A DNA stretch of 64,000 bases from an uncultured virus (IMG/VR IMGVR_UViG_3300020451_000536) (IMGVR_UViG_3300020451_000536); one strand, 5' to 3'. Positions 18,415 through 28,832 are shown, counted from the stretch's first letter. A program made the numbers and translations. Notes: generated by a model not told the origin, from the sequence alone.

Positions 18415-18858
18415 TTAATGTTTTGTATCATCATAATCATAAGGTACATTTTGATATTCATCAATTAATTCTTCCATATCTGATTCTTCTAGTGTAGTTT
18501 TTTGTTCTTTAACTTCAATACTGTCATCACTTACCTTTAATTCATCACCATCTTTATTTTTATATCGTTCAGCATCATTATATCTTTTTAATATATATTC
18601 GTAATATTTACATAGTCCAATATTCACTTCATAGTGTAGAACGACTTGATTCTTCTCTATTGCAAATACTTTATCTGTGGTAAATGTGGCCCACTTACGA
18701 AGTGCAAGGTTTTCTTCATATTTACCATCTTTTCCCATAGTATTTACCGTACACATCTTCATAGGATATCCTACTTTAAAATATCCATTTTCAGTATTGT
18801 GTAACTTACAAATGATTTCATCACCATTTGATAGTTTCATTATTCGGTAACTACTCAT
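18415..18858 (-). CDS. Conserved hypothetical protein between uvsW and gp55 (possible Sm-like fold)
   Basis: IMKLSNGDEIIC N-terminus; position. Confidence 0.7.
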   Translation of the reverse strand: MSSYRIMKLSNGDEIICKLHNTENGYFKVGYPMKMCTVNTMGKDGKYEENLALRKWATFTTDKVFAIEKNQVVLHYEVNIGLCKYYEYILKRYNDAERYKNKDGDELKVSDDSIEVKEQKTTLEESDMEELIDEYQNVPYDYDDTKH

Positions 18859-19102
18859 TCCACAACCTTAACTTTTTATCCTTTGGTTTCCACTCAACTG
18901 GGGGGTCATCTAAGTTAGTTCTATTCAAATTTACATTTGACCAGAAGTGTTCAAAAACTTCTTCTTTTGTTTCTATAATGTTAAATTCAAATTCTTCATA
19001 CATCTTATCTATTCTTTTTTTTATCTTTTCTTTATTATACTCAATCTTTCTTTTATAGTCATACATTTCTTTTAAATTTAAATAATCCTTTTCGTCTATC
19101 AT
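18851..19102 (-). CDS. Hypothetical protein
   Basis: 83-aa ORF overlapping both neighbours (ATGA coupling with uvsW). Confidence 0.65.
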   Translation of the reverse strand: MIDEKDYLNLKEMYDYKRKIEYNKEKIKKRIDKMYEEFEFNIIETKEEVFEHFWSNVNLNRTNLDDPPVEWKPKDKKLRLWNE

Positions 19103-20538
19103 AATTTTATCCTATGTATTGTATAATCAAATTGTTCTTCGTTGTATATATTTATTCGTTCCATAAAATGACGAAGTGTAAAATTCTGTCTGTTTTTATA
19201 TGAAAAGTCATCTGCAATGTCAAATAATTTGCACTCTGTTTTATTATCACCCAATCTCAAACCTCTACCAATAGATTGTAAAACTCTAATCTTACTTTTA
19301 GATGGTGATGAGAAAATTATATTATGTAAGTTTTTAATATTAATACCAGTAGAGAAAGTACCATACGATGCAACAATGATTGCATCTTTAGATTTTTCAG
19401 TTAGAGCTCTAATCTCTTCTCTAGTCAATGCATCAACACCACCACTTACAAAAAAAACTTTTCTGTCTTTATAAGTGTTTGTCATTAAATCATATAATGG
19501 TTTTCCGTGTTTCTCTACAAACTGATATAACACTAATGTATTACCTTTAAGTGGACTAACTAATTTATTTACAAAATTTAATCTTCTTTTATCATTGACA
19601 ATATAATCTATCTCATCTGCATATTTTAAATCTTTCACAATCTTACAATCATTTTCACTATATCCTAAAATTAGACTATCTATTTTAAGATTAGATAATG
19701 TTTTCTTTTCTATCAATTCTTTTGTAGATATAACTTTATTTGTAGTACCAAATAATCCTTCTAAAACTAATTTATGAGTTTGTAAATCATCTAATGTACC
19801 AGTAAGTCCAAAACGATACTTACATAAATGTAATTTTGTCATTATAGATGTAAGTGATTTTGCTTTAAATAGATGAGCCTCATCACCTATGACACAACCA
19901 AACTGTTCAAAATATTTTTTAGGAAACTTATGTAAAGATTGCCAAGTAGATATCACAACATCTTTTTCTATCTTTTTACTATGACCAGAATATACTTTTT
20001 GAATATATGATTCTAACCAACCATAATCTATAAAATCACTAGACATCTGTTCTACTAAACTTGTTGTGGGTACGAGTATCAATGTTTTAAGATTTTTTAA
20101 ATGACACCATCTAGTTAGACCATAAATGATTAACGATTTACCAGATGCAGTAGGACAAACGAAAAGACCACGACATTTTCTAACACCATAAAGAATACTA
20201 GAAATCTGATAATCACGAGCTTTGTATGGAACTTTAAGGTGTTTAATAAATGACTTAATAGTTGATTCATCAATGTCCTCTGGTCTTGTATTAAAATCTA
20301 ATTCGTATCTAATGTCATTTCGTTTACAGAACTCTCTGATGTATGGTAATAATCCCAGATAGATTTGTCCAGTAGCAACTGAGAATAGTCGTATTTTTCC
20401 ATCCCATACTTTGTTTCTATAACTGGGCATAAATCTTGCACCAGGCACTTCAAAGGTAAAATATTCTGAGAGTTCTCTTGCGATATGTGGTTCTGTTTCA
20501 ATTCGTATGTATACTTCATTTTTCTTCTCTATTTTCAT
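19099..20538 (-). CDS. uvsW: SF2 DNA helicase UvsW
   Basis: WDGKIRLF, RDYQ, PTASGKS, DEAH, GLTGT, QSIGRGLR. Confidence 0.97.
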   Translation of the reverse strand: MKIEKKNEVYIRIETEPHIARELSEYFTFEVPGARFMPSYRNKVWDGKIRLFSVATGQIYLGLLPYIREFCKRNDIRYELDFNTRPEDIDESTIKSFIKHLKVPYKARDYQISSILYGVRKCRGLFVCPTASGKSLIIYGLTRWCHLKNLKTLILVPTTSLVEQMSSDFIDYGWLESYIQKVYSGHSKKIEKDVVISTWQSLHKFPKKYFEQFGCVIGDEAHLFKAKSLTSIMTKLHLCKYRFGLTGTLDDLQTHKLVLEGLFGTTNKVISTKELIEKKTLSNLKIDSLILGYSENDCKIVKDLKYADEIDYIVNDKRRLNFVNKLVSPLKGNTLVLYQFVEKHGKPLYDLMTNTYKDRKVFFVSGGVDALTREEIRALTEKSKDAIIVASYGTFSTGINIKNLHNIIFSSPSKSKIRVLQSIGRGLRLGDNKTECKLFDIADDFSYKNRQNFTLRHFMERINIYNEEQFDYTIHRIKL

Positions 20539-21250
20539 AAGGTACTTCTTCTTTGTTCAATTTTGGAAAAGTATCTCGTTTATTATCTTGTTTTGCATCT
20601 GCTTCATTTGCAGCTTTAACCTTTTCCATATCTTTCGTTGTGTGTGGAAGACCAAGTGCTGGTCTAGAATCAAATTTGCAAAAATCACCGTATGGGCCGT
20701 TTTTGTCTACATAATGTAAAAATACTTGTGTTTGCCACGCACCCATAGGTGCGTTAAAAGCTTCTCTCCAATGTTCTACTTCACACCCACGATAGATTAC
20801 TCCATCTCCAGGCTCCATAGGAATCATCTTACCCTTTGTACCTCTTTCACCATCTTCTGGGCCAACAAACATACCCCAGTTATAATCTTCTTTACCTTTA
20901 TAATCATATCCTAAACAACAAGTAATAGATACTTCACAAGATGGTCTATCTTTATGTCTTTTTAATACATCACCTACTTTGTATAATCTATAATAAGAAT
21001 AAGTAGGCCACAATTCTAATCCAGTAGATTTTTCTATTGTATTTTTACCAAAATTTAAAAGTGTTTCCATAAGTGGGTCACCATAAACACTATGACTGCC
21101 TGGTATTTGTGCATTTTCAGTTTCTGGTTGAAACATTCTTGCTCTATCATAATGAGAATACTGAGTTGCTACTTTTGCAATATCTTTAGGTATCATCTCT
21201 TTTATGAGAACATACTTTTTTTCTTTAAAAAATTTTACAGTATCAATCAT
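20516..21250 (-). CDS. 2OG-Fe(II) oxygenase
   Basis: YSYYRLY..GDVL.RHKDRPSCE (HxD), IYRGCEVEHWR, QVFLHYVD. Confidence 0.85.
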   Translation of the reverse strand: MIDTVKFFKEKKYVLIKEMIPKDIAKVATQYSHYDRARMFQPETENAQIPGSHSVYGDPLMETLLNFGKNTIEKSTGLELWPTYSYYRLYKVGDVLKRHKDRPSCEVSITCCLGYDYKGKEDYNWGMFVGPEDGERGTKGKMIPMEPGDGVIYRGCEVEHWREAFNAPMGAWQTQVFLHYVDKNGPYGDFCKFDSRPALGLPHTTKDMEKVKAANEADAKQDNKRDTFPKLNKEEVPYENREEK

Positions 21251-22110
21251 TTGAACATCTTTCCTAAATTCCATACTACTAAAGAATATCTAGTACCCTC
21301 TGTAACTGGAGTTACCAAGTGGTGTATAAATGATGGAAATACTATAATAGAACCTCTTGGTCTTATCTCTGTACAAGTGTGATATCTTTTATTACCCATA
21401 TGAGGCCCTAAATCAAATTTAAGATTACCACCTTTGTAATTTTTTGGATTGGTTAAATTTACCGTTACGGATAATTTTCTAGTCTTCCAAAATTGATTTG
21501 GATTATCTACAAAACCAGGCGCTGGAATATATCTTGGTAAACCTTTAAATTTTCCGTCTCTATATGTTTTATCAAATTTTAATTCTTTACCAGTATCATC
21601 TTTTGCAATCATATAGTTACCATCACTATCTTTTCTTCTTTGTTCTTTTACTGTTGGGTCAAATGGTATATATGGTCTTGAACCACCATCTGTGTGCCAC
21701 GAATAAAACTGGCCTGGATTGTAAACTGTAAACTGACAAGTTTCAGAAAAATCCCATTGATAGTTCCAGTTCGCTTTTTGGTTTGCTTCTTGTATATATG
21801 GATGTATCAAATCATATATCCATTTATCTGCTAACCACCCAACTTTAGTATCTCTAACATAAACATCTTCTTCTTTAATACCTTTTTTTCTTCTACCTTG
21901 TGCAGTCAAATGATTTTGTGCGATATTACCAGCATTAGATGTTTCACCACCTTTTTGTCTAAAATCAAAAGTAGTAGCATCAGTTGCTTGTTTACCACTT
22001 TTTTGTTCTGTGAGAGTCATATCAGATAACCCTCTCTCTATAATTGCATTACATTGTTGGTCATTTAATGCACCTATGAAATAATAGTAACTATTTTCAC
22101 ATATACTCAT
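21247..22110 (-). CDS. 2OG-Fe(II) oxygenase (prolyl-4-hydroxylase/PKHD-like) with internal insertion
   Basis: QFTVY..GQFYSWHTD, RKLSVTVNL, YKGGNL, VFPSFIHHLVTPVTEGTRYSLVVW. Confidence 0.9.
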   Translation of the reverse strand: MSICENSYYYFIGALNDQQCNAIIERGLSDMTLTEQKSGKQATDATTFDFRQKGGETSNAGNIAQNHLTAQGRRKKGIKEEDVYVRDTKVGWLADKWIYDLIHPYIQEANQKANWNYQWDFSETCQFTVYNPGQFYSWHTDGGSRPYIPFDPTVKEQRRKDSDGNYMIAKDDTGKELKFDKTYRDGKFKGLPRYIPAPGFVDNPNQFWKTRKLSVTVNLTNPKNYKGGNLKFDLGPHMGNKRYHTCTEIRPRGSIIVFPSFIHHLVTPVTEGTRYSLVVWNLGKMFK

Positions 22111-22517
22111 AATGCACCCTCCGTATATTTAATCCAAGTTGTTATATTTCTTAATTGAAATCCTCTACTATGTAAGTTTTTTACTATGTGTTCCAAGTAA
22201 CTAGAAACAACTTTAAGATAATCTAGTTTAGATTGTAATCTAACCATATCTTCATCTGATTCTAAGTATGTTGGAATATCTTGTCTAAGAATTTTTAACT
22301 CAAATGGTTTTTCTGATTTACCAGAGTAGTATTCCCATTTTTGTTTTTTTAATATTTTCATATCAGTTTCAGCTTTACTTAACATAAGTCTAAAATTAGT
22401 ATAAAGTTTTAAATATTTATTAAGTAATGCTGGACTTCTAGTTTCCTCTAGATTGATGTTAGTTTCATCAATCTTAGAATCTTTATCAAACATTTCTTGT
22501 ATTTTTGTTAAATCCAT
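22107..22517 (-). CDS. uvsY: Recombination mediator UvsY
   Basis: KWEYYSGK, YLESDED, RGFQLRNI..W; synteny gp3-uvsY-uvsW. Confidence 0.9.
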   Translation of the reverse strand: MDLTKIQEMFDKDSKIDETNINLEETRSPALLNKYLKLYTNFRLMLSKAETDMKILKKQKWEYYSGKSEKPFELKILRQDIPTYLESDEDMVRLQSKLDYLKVVSSYLEHIVKNLHSRGFQLRNITTWIKYTEGAL

Positions 22518-22522
22518 ACGAT

Positions 22523-22551
22523 ATTATATACCATAATTAAAAAGTTGTCAA
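22523..22551 (-). promoter_or_regulatory. Consensus sigma70 promoter for uvsY
   Basis: Perfect TTGACA-N17-TATAAT; ATG 5 nt downstream. Confidence 0.8.
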
Positions 22552-22554
22552 GTC

Positions 22555-23145
22555 TTATAACGATTCAAATTTAAATAATTGATATTGAAAAGTTGCAGTT
22601 GCACTCATATATTGAGTATCTGATTGGTCATTTGCATATTGTAACGCAGAAAGTGATACTGGATATACATTTGAAAAGTTAACATTCAATACTGGATTGT
22701 TTTTATTAGATAGTATTGTCAATGTTGCATCTGAATACATTGCACCGTCTGGTGTTCTAGGTTTAGGTGTATCTGATGGTGCATTTGTTTTAGACTGAGA
22801 TGTAGGAAACTGACCTACATTTTCTTGTCTAAAACTTTTAAATTGAGCTCTATCTTCTGGGAATCCAATCGCCATAATCCAATTAAAAAGTTCTTGATAG
22901 TTTTGCAATTTTTCATCTACTAAAAAAGTTATTTCAAGATTTTCAAATGTTACTTTATCTGGTAAAACTGGAATATCTTTAAAAGGTGTAGGAAATATTG
23001 CATCACCCATATTGACGCCAGGTATATTACACGCAGTAGTAAAGAATTGTACTTTTGGTAATTGTATAATAGAGAACCTATACTGACTCGGTGCAGAATA
23101 GTCTATCTCTTCTGGTTGTCTCGTGAGTGCGTTTATATCTGTCAT
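22555..23145 (-). CDS. gp3: Tail completion / tube terminator protein
   Basis: YRFSI..LPKVQFF...CNIPGV, FLVDEKLQNY.E..NW, SDATL.IL; ATG 23145. Confidence 0.85.
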   Translation of the reverse strand: MTDINALTRQPEEIDYSAPSQYRFSIIQLPKVQFFTTACNIPGVNMGDAIFPTPFKDIPVLPDKVTFENLEITFLVDEKLQNYQELFNWIMAIGFPEDRAQFKSFRQENVGQFPTSQSKTNAPSDTPKPRTPDGAMYSDATLTILSNKNNPVLNVNFSNVYPVSLSALQYANDQSDTQYMSATATFQYQLFKFESL

Positions 23146-23150
23146 ACTAT

Positions 23151-23158
23151 TATTTATA
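23151..23158 (-). promoter_or_regulatory. Late promoter for gp3
   Basis: TATAAATA directly after the gp23 terminator. Confidence 0.75.
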
Positions 23159-23161
23159 AAC

Positions 23162-23191
23162 AAAAAAAAAGGGGAGCGAACTCCCCTTTTT
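23162..23191 (-). terminator. Intrinsic terminator after the major capsid gene
   Basis: GGGGAG-TTCG-CTCCCC followed by T9. Confidence 0.9.
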
Positions 23192-23214
23192 CGTGGTGTG
23201 GTAGATTGTAGTTA

Positions 23215-24555
23215 TTACATTAAGTTAGCGACTTTAACTCTTCTGTAATATTGGTTAGTTTCTTTAGTAAATGCAGTATTTGAAGAACCAGCATCGTTAT
23301 TATCTGCTAACGCACCAGCGTCTACAGCGAATGGGTTATCAATCATACCGTATCTAGTTTTGAAACCGATTTTTGGTTGGAAAGTTTGCTCACCAACTGC
23401 TCTCACCATTTGTAGTGGAACATATGGGCAATAGAAAGTACCAGCATCATAAGGTGAAGTACCTTTATATCCAACAACATAGTATTGACTTGCAGCTACA
23501 TTTGCAGCATATGGGTCAACATATACTCTGTAACGACCATTCAATACACCAGCAAAAGTGTTTTGAGTGTCATCTACTTGTAGGTTGTTGTTTAATGCAG
23601 ATTGGTAATCTAGGATTCCAGCCATTTGTAAAGCAGAAGCAACATCAGCACTTACTAGTAAGATGTTACCTTTCCCTCTACGAGTTTTTTGACCGATTGC
23701 ATTTGCATCTCTTTCAATCTGGAACATTAGTCCTTTGAATTTCTCAACAGACCATCTACCGTTAGAGTCTGTGTCTAAGTCAAAAGTACCAGCAGTAGTT
23801 GTATTTACAGCAGCACCTTCTACGGCAGTTCTGTAAATTCTTCTTACTACTTCCCTATTGATTTCTGCAAGAATTTCAGCAGAAAGGATGTTTGCAAGTT
23901 CTGTTTCTGCATCAAGACCGTGAATTGCTTTTAAGTCTTGTGCAAGTTCCATTGTGTATTCAGCTTTTAGTGCTCTAGACTTTGCAGTTACAGTTGATTT
24001 CTCAATAGAGAAAGCCATTTGTGCAAAGTGGTTTTGAGAACTATCACCTAATGCTTCAGCTTGTGCAGCAGTCATACCTTGTGAAAAAGTATAAGTACCT
24101 TCTGGTGAATCATTAAGTACACTTGGGTTAGTACCTTGTTGTGCAGTTGTTAGTGAAGATGATGCGTTATCAGCAGAATGTTCTGCATCTGCTTCATCTA
24201 CTAATGCTTCTGCACCAGACTGGTCATCAAATCTTGAACGCATTGCGAAGATTAAACCAGTTGGGCCAGTCATTGGTTGCACACCACAAATGTCATATGC
24301 AATCAAGTTAGGCATAGCTCTTCTGACTAGTGAGATTAAAATGGGATCCCAGTTTGCCATTGGATTAGCACCAGCAGCAGTTGCGTTAGTTGGAACTGCT
24401 TCTGACAAGAAAGAAGCATCTTCTCTGAGTGCCTTTTCTTGGTTCTCTAAAATAACAGTAGTGACGGCTCTTCTGTAAGCATCGTTGATTTTTGGTAAAT
24501 CTGGATGGTCTAGAACGGGCTGCCACTTCTCTTGTAAATGTGTTGTTTGAAACAT
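23215..24555 (-). CDS. gp23: Major capsid protein
   Basis: LISLVRRAMPNLIAYDICGVQPMTGPTGLIFAMR, SRALKAEY..ELAQDLKAIHGLDAE.EL, FQPKIGFKTRYG. Confidence 0.99.
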   Translation of the reverse strand: MFQTTHLQEKWQPVLDHPDLPKINDAYRRAVTTVILENQEKALREDASFLSEAVPTNATAAGANPMANWDPILISLVRRAMPNLIAYDICGVQPMTGPTGLIFAMRSRFDDQSGAEALVDEADAEHSADNASSSLTTAQQGTNPSVLNDSPEGTYTFSQGMTAAQAEALGDSSQNHFAQMAFSIEKSTVTAKSRALKAEYTMELAQDLKAIHGLDAETELANILSAEILAEINREVVRRIYRTAVEGAAVNTTTAGTFDLDTDSNGRWSVEKFKGLMFQIERDANAIGQKTRRGKGNILLVSADVASALQMAGILDYQSALNNNLQVDDTQNTFAGVLNGRYRVYVDPYAANVAASQYYVVGYKGTSPYDAGTFYCPYVPLQMVRAVGEQTFQPKIGFKTRYGMIDNPFAVDAGALADNNDAGSSNTAFTKETNQYYRRVKVANLM

Positions 24556-24591
24556 CTTAGTTTCTCCTTATATATTTACTTATATTTATCA

Positions 24592-25830
24592 TTACGATTT
24601 ATTTACTGCCCTTTTATGGGTTTTATTAATTGCAGCCGTATATGCCGCCATTGCATCTGAGTCTGCTTCAATAGTCTTAGGACTTTCGGCGTCTTCAGAT
24701 AACACTTCTTCAACTTTTTTCTCTGAAGGGAAGTATGATTCTTTCAAAGTAGATAGTTTTTCTTTGAAAGACTCTTCACCAGAAAATTCAACATCAGCAG
24801 TCAAAGAATGAAATTTTTCTTTTTCTGTTTCTGCTAAATCTTTTGATACTTCAGAAATTAATGATTCACGAACAAGTTCACCAACTCTATTCTTAGCTGA
24901 TTTATCTTGTTCCATTAAATCGTTTACCTTTGCTTTTAGTTCCTCAATTTCTTTAGTCTGTGCTTCAAGAATATCATATTTTTCGTTTGGAACATCAATA
25001 TAGTGGTCTTCAAATAAAGATTTAAGACCAGTAATAAAGTCTTCAGCGATTTCTCCCTTTAGACCTCTTTCAATAGCAAGTTGGTTTTCTTTCTTCCACT
25101 CTTCAGTTACATAAGTTAGATATGAGTCAATCTTATCAACCATATCTTCTTTTGCTTCTTCAATAGCTTGAGTTTTTTGTTCTTCTAAAGTTTCTTTAAC
25201 TTCAGAAATTCTAGATGATACTGCAGCTTCAAATATTGTTTCAGCTTTAGTTTTGAACTCATCAGAAAAGTCTTCACCTTCTAGAAGTGCATCAACATCT
25301 TTTTTGACATCAATACTTTCTTTATTATATGAAGCAATTTTCATCTTATCTTTTTTCTTTTTATCTGGGTGTTCCATTTCTGCAATACCTTTTGCAAGTG
25401 CAGATTTGGTCATACCTTTAGTATATTGATTAATGAGTTCAGTTTTAGAAAGTTTAGATAATTTTGATACAGTTTCTTCCATATCGTCATCATCGTCTTC
25501 TTCTTCATCATCTTTTTTCATATCTTTAGGTTCTTCATCGTCCTCGTGAGCGCCTTCTTTAATTTTATCGGCTTTTTCTGGAGGAACAGCACCTTTAGTC
25601 GGTGCAGAAGTATCTTTTTTAACTTTTTTTGCAGAATCTGGTTTTCCAACCATATTCGCATCTTTTTCAGGGGTTGGGCCGCCTACATCCTCTGGTTTCT
25701 CACCATCTTTCATTTTTGGCATAGGGTCTGCCTTACCACCAGTAGAATTCGGTTGCTTGCCGTTGGCTTCATCTAGTTCCGCTACGACTTCTTTTTCCAA
25801 CTCCTCAATAGTCTTATCTAGTTCTGACAT
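24592..25830 (-). CDS. gp22: Prohead core scaffold protein
   Basis: FK.KAETIFEAAV, KIDSYL.YV.EEW..EN.LAIERG, LF.DHYIDVP; ATG 25830 after AAGGAG. Confidence 0.92.
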   Translation of the reverse strand: MSELDKTIEELEKEVVAELDEANGKQPNSTGGKADPMPKMKDGEKPEDVGGPTPEKDANMVGKPDSAKKVKKDTSAPTKGAVPPEKADKIKEGAHEDDEEPKDMKKDDEEEDDDDDMEETVSKLSKLSKTELINQYTKGMTKSALAKGIAEMEHPDKKKKDKMKIASYNKESIDVKKDVDALLEGEDFSDEFKTKAETIFEAAVSSRISEVKETLEEQKTQAIEEAKEDMVDKIDSYLTYVTEEWKKENQLAIERGLKGEIAEDFITGLKSLFEDHYIDVPNEKYDILEAQTKEIEELKAKVNDLMEQDKSAKNRVGELVRESLISEVSKDLAETEKEKFHSLTADVEFSGEESFKEKLSTLKESYFPSEKKVEEVLSEDAESPKTIEADSDAMAAYTAAINKTHKRAVNKS

Positions 25831-25862
25831 TGAAGGTTCTCCTTGTTTTTTATTATCATTAT

Positions 25863-25870
25863 TATTTATA
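25863..25870 (-). promoter_or_regulatory. Late promoter for gp22-gp23
   Basis: TATAAATA in the gp21-gp22 gap. Confidence 0.75.
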
Positions 25871-25873
25871 GTT

Positions 25874-26521
25874 TTATAACTTTTTAAGAAATTTTGCAAA
25901 CGCAAGTGCTTCCACATTTGGAAGTTTTTTACGCACAGAACTCTCAATAGTTTCAACTATATCATTTATTTCAACTTCTTTTAGAAGTCCATTATTCCAA
26001 ACCCATTCTTTACCTTCCATAATTCCGTTTACGAAAGCTTTAGGTGCAGAAGGGTCTGCAACTATATCAGCAGCAGCTGCCAACATAAAATCGTTTTTTA
26101 CATAATTTGCACCGTTTCTCTGTTCAAGACTACCCATACCTCTAGAAGAAACACCAAGTGTTCCACCTTCATCCATAATATTTTTAACTATATTACCCAT
26201 AGGTGTACTCATAATTTTTGCTTCACCTATAAAGTTATCTCCATCTCTATCAAGAGATGTAACCATATGTGAGACTCTATCTAAATTTACAGTAGGGCCT
26301 TCTGGGTGTCCAAGTTCACCATATGCACGATTATTTTTTATAAATTTATCGTCATACCTTTTAATTTCTTTTTCTAATACTTCAGTTGGATAAACTCTAC
26401 CATTACGGTTCTTTATGTTACCTTGCATAAAGATACCTTTTATCTTATAGTTTTTCTTACCACTATCATCTTTTTCTGCAAGAAACTTTACATCTTCTAA
26501 TGTTTCAGATATTAATTTCAT
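25874..26521 (-). CDS. gp21: Prohead protease
   Basis: KNRNGRVYP, GELGHP, LDRVSH, GVSSRGMGS, DIVADPSAP.AFV. Confidence 0.97.
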   Translation of the reverse strand: MKLISETLEDVKFLAEKDDSGKKNYKIKGIFMQGNIKNRNGRVYPTEVLEKEIKRYDDKFIKNNRAYGELGHPEGPTVNLDRVSHMVTSLDRDGDNFIGEAKIMSTPMGNIVKNIMDEGGTLGVSSRGMGSLEQRNGANYVKNDFMLAAAADIVADPSAPKAFVNGIMEGKEWVWNNGLLKEVEINDIVETIESSVRKKLPNVEALAFAKFLKKL

Positions 26522-26531
26522 TCATCTTTCC

Positions 26532-26918
26532 TTATGATAGGTTATTATAACCAGAAACTTTTCTTAATTTCATAATAACGAAACCGACACAAGCTGCATC
26601 GTTTTCCATATCAATATCACCATCTACTCCAGTTCCACCATTATTTGTAAGTGGTGGTAGTTGTTGACTACCAATATTAAAATTACCATTACCATTTAAT
26701 GTAAGTGCAGTTACTGGTGTATCTGCGTGAAACTCTATTTCAGTAGTAGAACTTACACTCCAAGTGCAAGACACTATCGCAAGTCTGGGGTCAGTTGAGG
26801 CACCAGCAAGTGCAGATGCATCTACAACTCCAGTTGCAGTACCATTCGTCCCAGTAATTGTGACATGAACGACTGTTTCAAAGTCTGTATCTTTTAATAA
26901 TCTTGATACATATGCCAT
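26532..26918 (-). CDS. Hypothetical virion/head-region protein
   Basis: 128-aa ORF in the head gene cluster. Confidence 0.65.
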   Translation of the reverse strand: MAYVSRLLKDTDFETVVHVTITGTNGTATGVVDASALAGASTDPRLAIVSCTWSVSSTTEIEFHADTPVTALTLNGNGNFNIGSQQLPPLTNNGGTGVDGDIDMENDAACVGFVIMKLRKVSGYNNLS

Positions 26919-26919
26919 T

Positions 26920-27168
26920 TTACTTTCCTATTGTTAACATTTCTCTTTCAAAATAACTCATCAATTCTTTGTTAGTTACTTTGTGTTTCTTAGAAACTAA
27001 ATTAATATTGTTCTCAAAACTATTTATAAAATCTGAAGAGTTAGAGTCCATTTTATTGAATATTTCATCAACTGCCTTCTTCATTTTAGGAGTCAGTTTT
27101 TTATATTCTTTACTTCTTTTATGTTCGTCTTTTTCTACTATTCTTGAGTAAAAATTATCAAACTTCAT
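26920..27168 (-). CDS. Small head-region protein (gp68 position)
   Basis: Located between portal and protease; basic, helical. Confidence 0.55.
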   Translation of the reverse strand: MKFDNFYSRIVEKDEHKRSKEYKKLTPKMKKAVDEIFNKMDSNSSDFINSFENNINLVSKKHKVTNKELMSYFEREMLTIGK

Positions 27169-27343
27169 CGTCCCCTACCTCTGGTATATGTGATGTTACT
27201 ATATCTTTTGCAATAGTTTGTCTTTCTTTTTCTAAAGTTTCTCCAACTTTATCAGACATAACATTTTTAAAATCAGACTCTGACTCTAAATTATTACCGT
27301 TAACTATATTATCAACCATTGATTTTATTTTTTCCTGGCTCAT
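27158..27343 (-). CDS. Prohead core protein (gp67-like)
   Basis: Directly after the portal; F.NVMSDKV...LE.ERQ.IAK; ATG 27343 after AAGGAG. Confidence 0.6.
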   Translation of the reverse strand: MSQEKIKSMVDNIVNGNNLESESDFKNVMSDKVGETLEKERQTIAKDIVTSHIPEVGDDEV

Positions 27344-28832
27344 TACCATCTCCTTTTTGTTCAAAGTTATTATCGCCATCTTCTCCGTTGTCGTCACCCT
27401 CACCATCCATTTGTTTTTGCATTTCACCTATTTCATCATCTGTTAAGTGTAATACATTTTTCTTAACCCACTCTTTAGAGAAATATGTACCAACATAGTT
27501 TTCTACTTGTGATAACATTTCTAATCTCTCTTTAAGTAGTTCAGCATTTTTTAATTCAGTAAAGTTGTTATCTTGTAAAAAATCAAATTGTATATGTTCA
27601 GACATTGATTTCCATTCTTCTTCTGCAATAACACCAGTAAGAATTAATTGTGTTCTAAGTAAATCGTTAAAGATTACAGAGAATTTCTTTCTTAACTTAC
27701 CTACAAATTTAGTAAATTTTAATTCATCTCTTGTAATCTCTGTTGACCTACCTAATGAAAAGTTTTGTTCTGCTTCTAATCTTGAGATAGGAACATTTAA
27801 TGAACGATATAACTTTCTTTGGAAGTATGTTATATCATCTATCTCACCAAGATTTGCACCACCAGGCAGTGTAGTAATCTCTGTTCCTCTACCACCTTCT
27901 CTTCTTGGTAACCAAAAATCTTCTAACATAGACATATGATTTCTATCGTCACGAATCTCACCAGTAGATGCATCATATACCAGTTTGTTACGATAACGAT
28001 TCATAACATCTTTAAGATATTGTTCTGCTTTTATTTTAGGTAAATTACCTACATCAATATAAAATATTCTTCTTTCTGGAGCTCTTGATATTCTATAAAT
28101 TACAACAGAGTCTTCAATCATTCTTAATTGATTTACTGGTTTGATTGCTTTATTAAGATACGATAATACAGTACCTTTATGCATATCAATAAGACCAGAT
28201 GGACAATATGAAATTGAATCAAATGTTAATTTAACACCAGTAGAAGTATTATTAACTTGATGTCCGTGTTGATTATATATGTAAAACTCTTTGAATTTTT
28301 TTACAACATCAACACCACCCTTTTTATCAGTTTGTACTTCTCTAACTTTTTTAATTTTTCTAGGGTCAATATAACGAAGTTGTTGAATACCTTTTCTTGG
28401 ACTTTTAGTATCAATAACTTTATGATAGAATAATCTTCCATCAACATACCATCTTCTAAAAATATCGTGTGCTTTATTATTAAAATCTAATAATTGAAGT
28501 ATTCTTTCAAACTCTTCTTTTATTCTTTTTTTAATTGAAGTAGAAACTTGTAAATTATCTAATGCAATAGATACACACATATCTCTTTCATCAGATGCGA
28601 TTGCTTCACTCACGATATCTTCTATTGCACTATCACACTCTGGTTGTATTGCAATATCTCTATATCTTCGGATTAAATCATCTTCTGTGCGAGAACGACC
28701 ATCTGTGTCTAGAATTGTGGAATAGAAACCACCACCAGATATATCGTATGTACCATCATCAGTAGCTGGAGGCGTTACCGCCCCCAACTCTTTTTCTTTT
28801 CTTTTTATTTCAAAACCAAAAAACTCAGCCAT
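27312..28832 (-). CDS. gp20: Portal protein
   Basis: RRWYVDGR, YRISRAPERRIFYIDVGNLPK.KAEQY, EDFWLPRREGGRGTEITTLPG. Confidence 0.99.
   Translation of the reverse strand: MAEFFGFEIKRKEKELGAVTPPATDDGTYDISGGGFYSTILDTDGRSRTEDDLIRRYRDIAIQPECDSAIEDIVSEAIASDERDMCVSIALDNLQVSTSIKKRIKEEFERILQLLDFNNKAHDIFRRWYVDGRLFYHKVIDTKSPRKGIQQLRYIDPRKIKKVREVQTDKKGGVDVVKKFKEFYIYNQHGHQVNNTSTGVKLTFDSISYCPSGLIDMHKGTVLSYLNKAIKPVNQLRMIEDSVVIYRISRAPERRIFYIDVGNLPKIKAEQYLKDVMNRYRNKLVYDASTGEIRDDRNHMSMLEDFWLPRREGGRGTEITTLPGGANLGEIDDITYFQRKLYRSLNVPISRLEAEQNFSLGRSTEITRDELKFTKFVGKLRKKFSVIFNDLLRTQLILTGVIAEEEWKSMSEHIQFDFLQDNNFTELKNAELLKERLEMLSQVENYVGTYFSKEWVKKNVLHLTDDEIGEMQKQMDGEGDDNGEDGDNNFEQKGDGNEPGKNKING

Noticed and set aside
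25831..25956. N-terminal extensions given by the ORF track (gp22 to 25956, gp3 to 23163, 27427, 21274, 43808, 9078)
   Set aside because: They overlap upstream genes, promoters or terminators; internal ATGs with an SD or stop-start coupling fit better.
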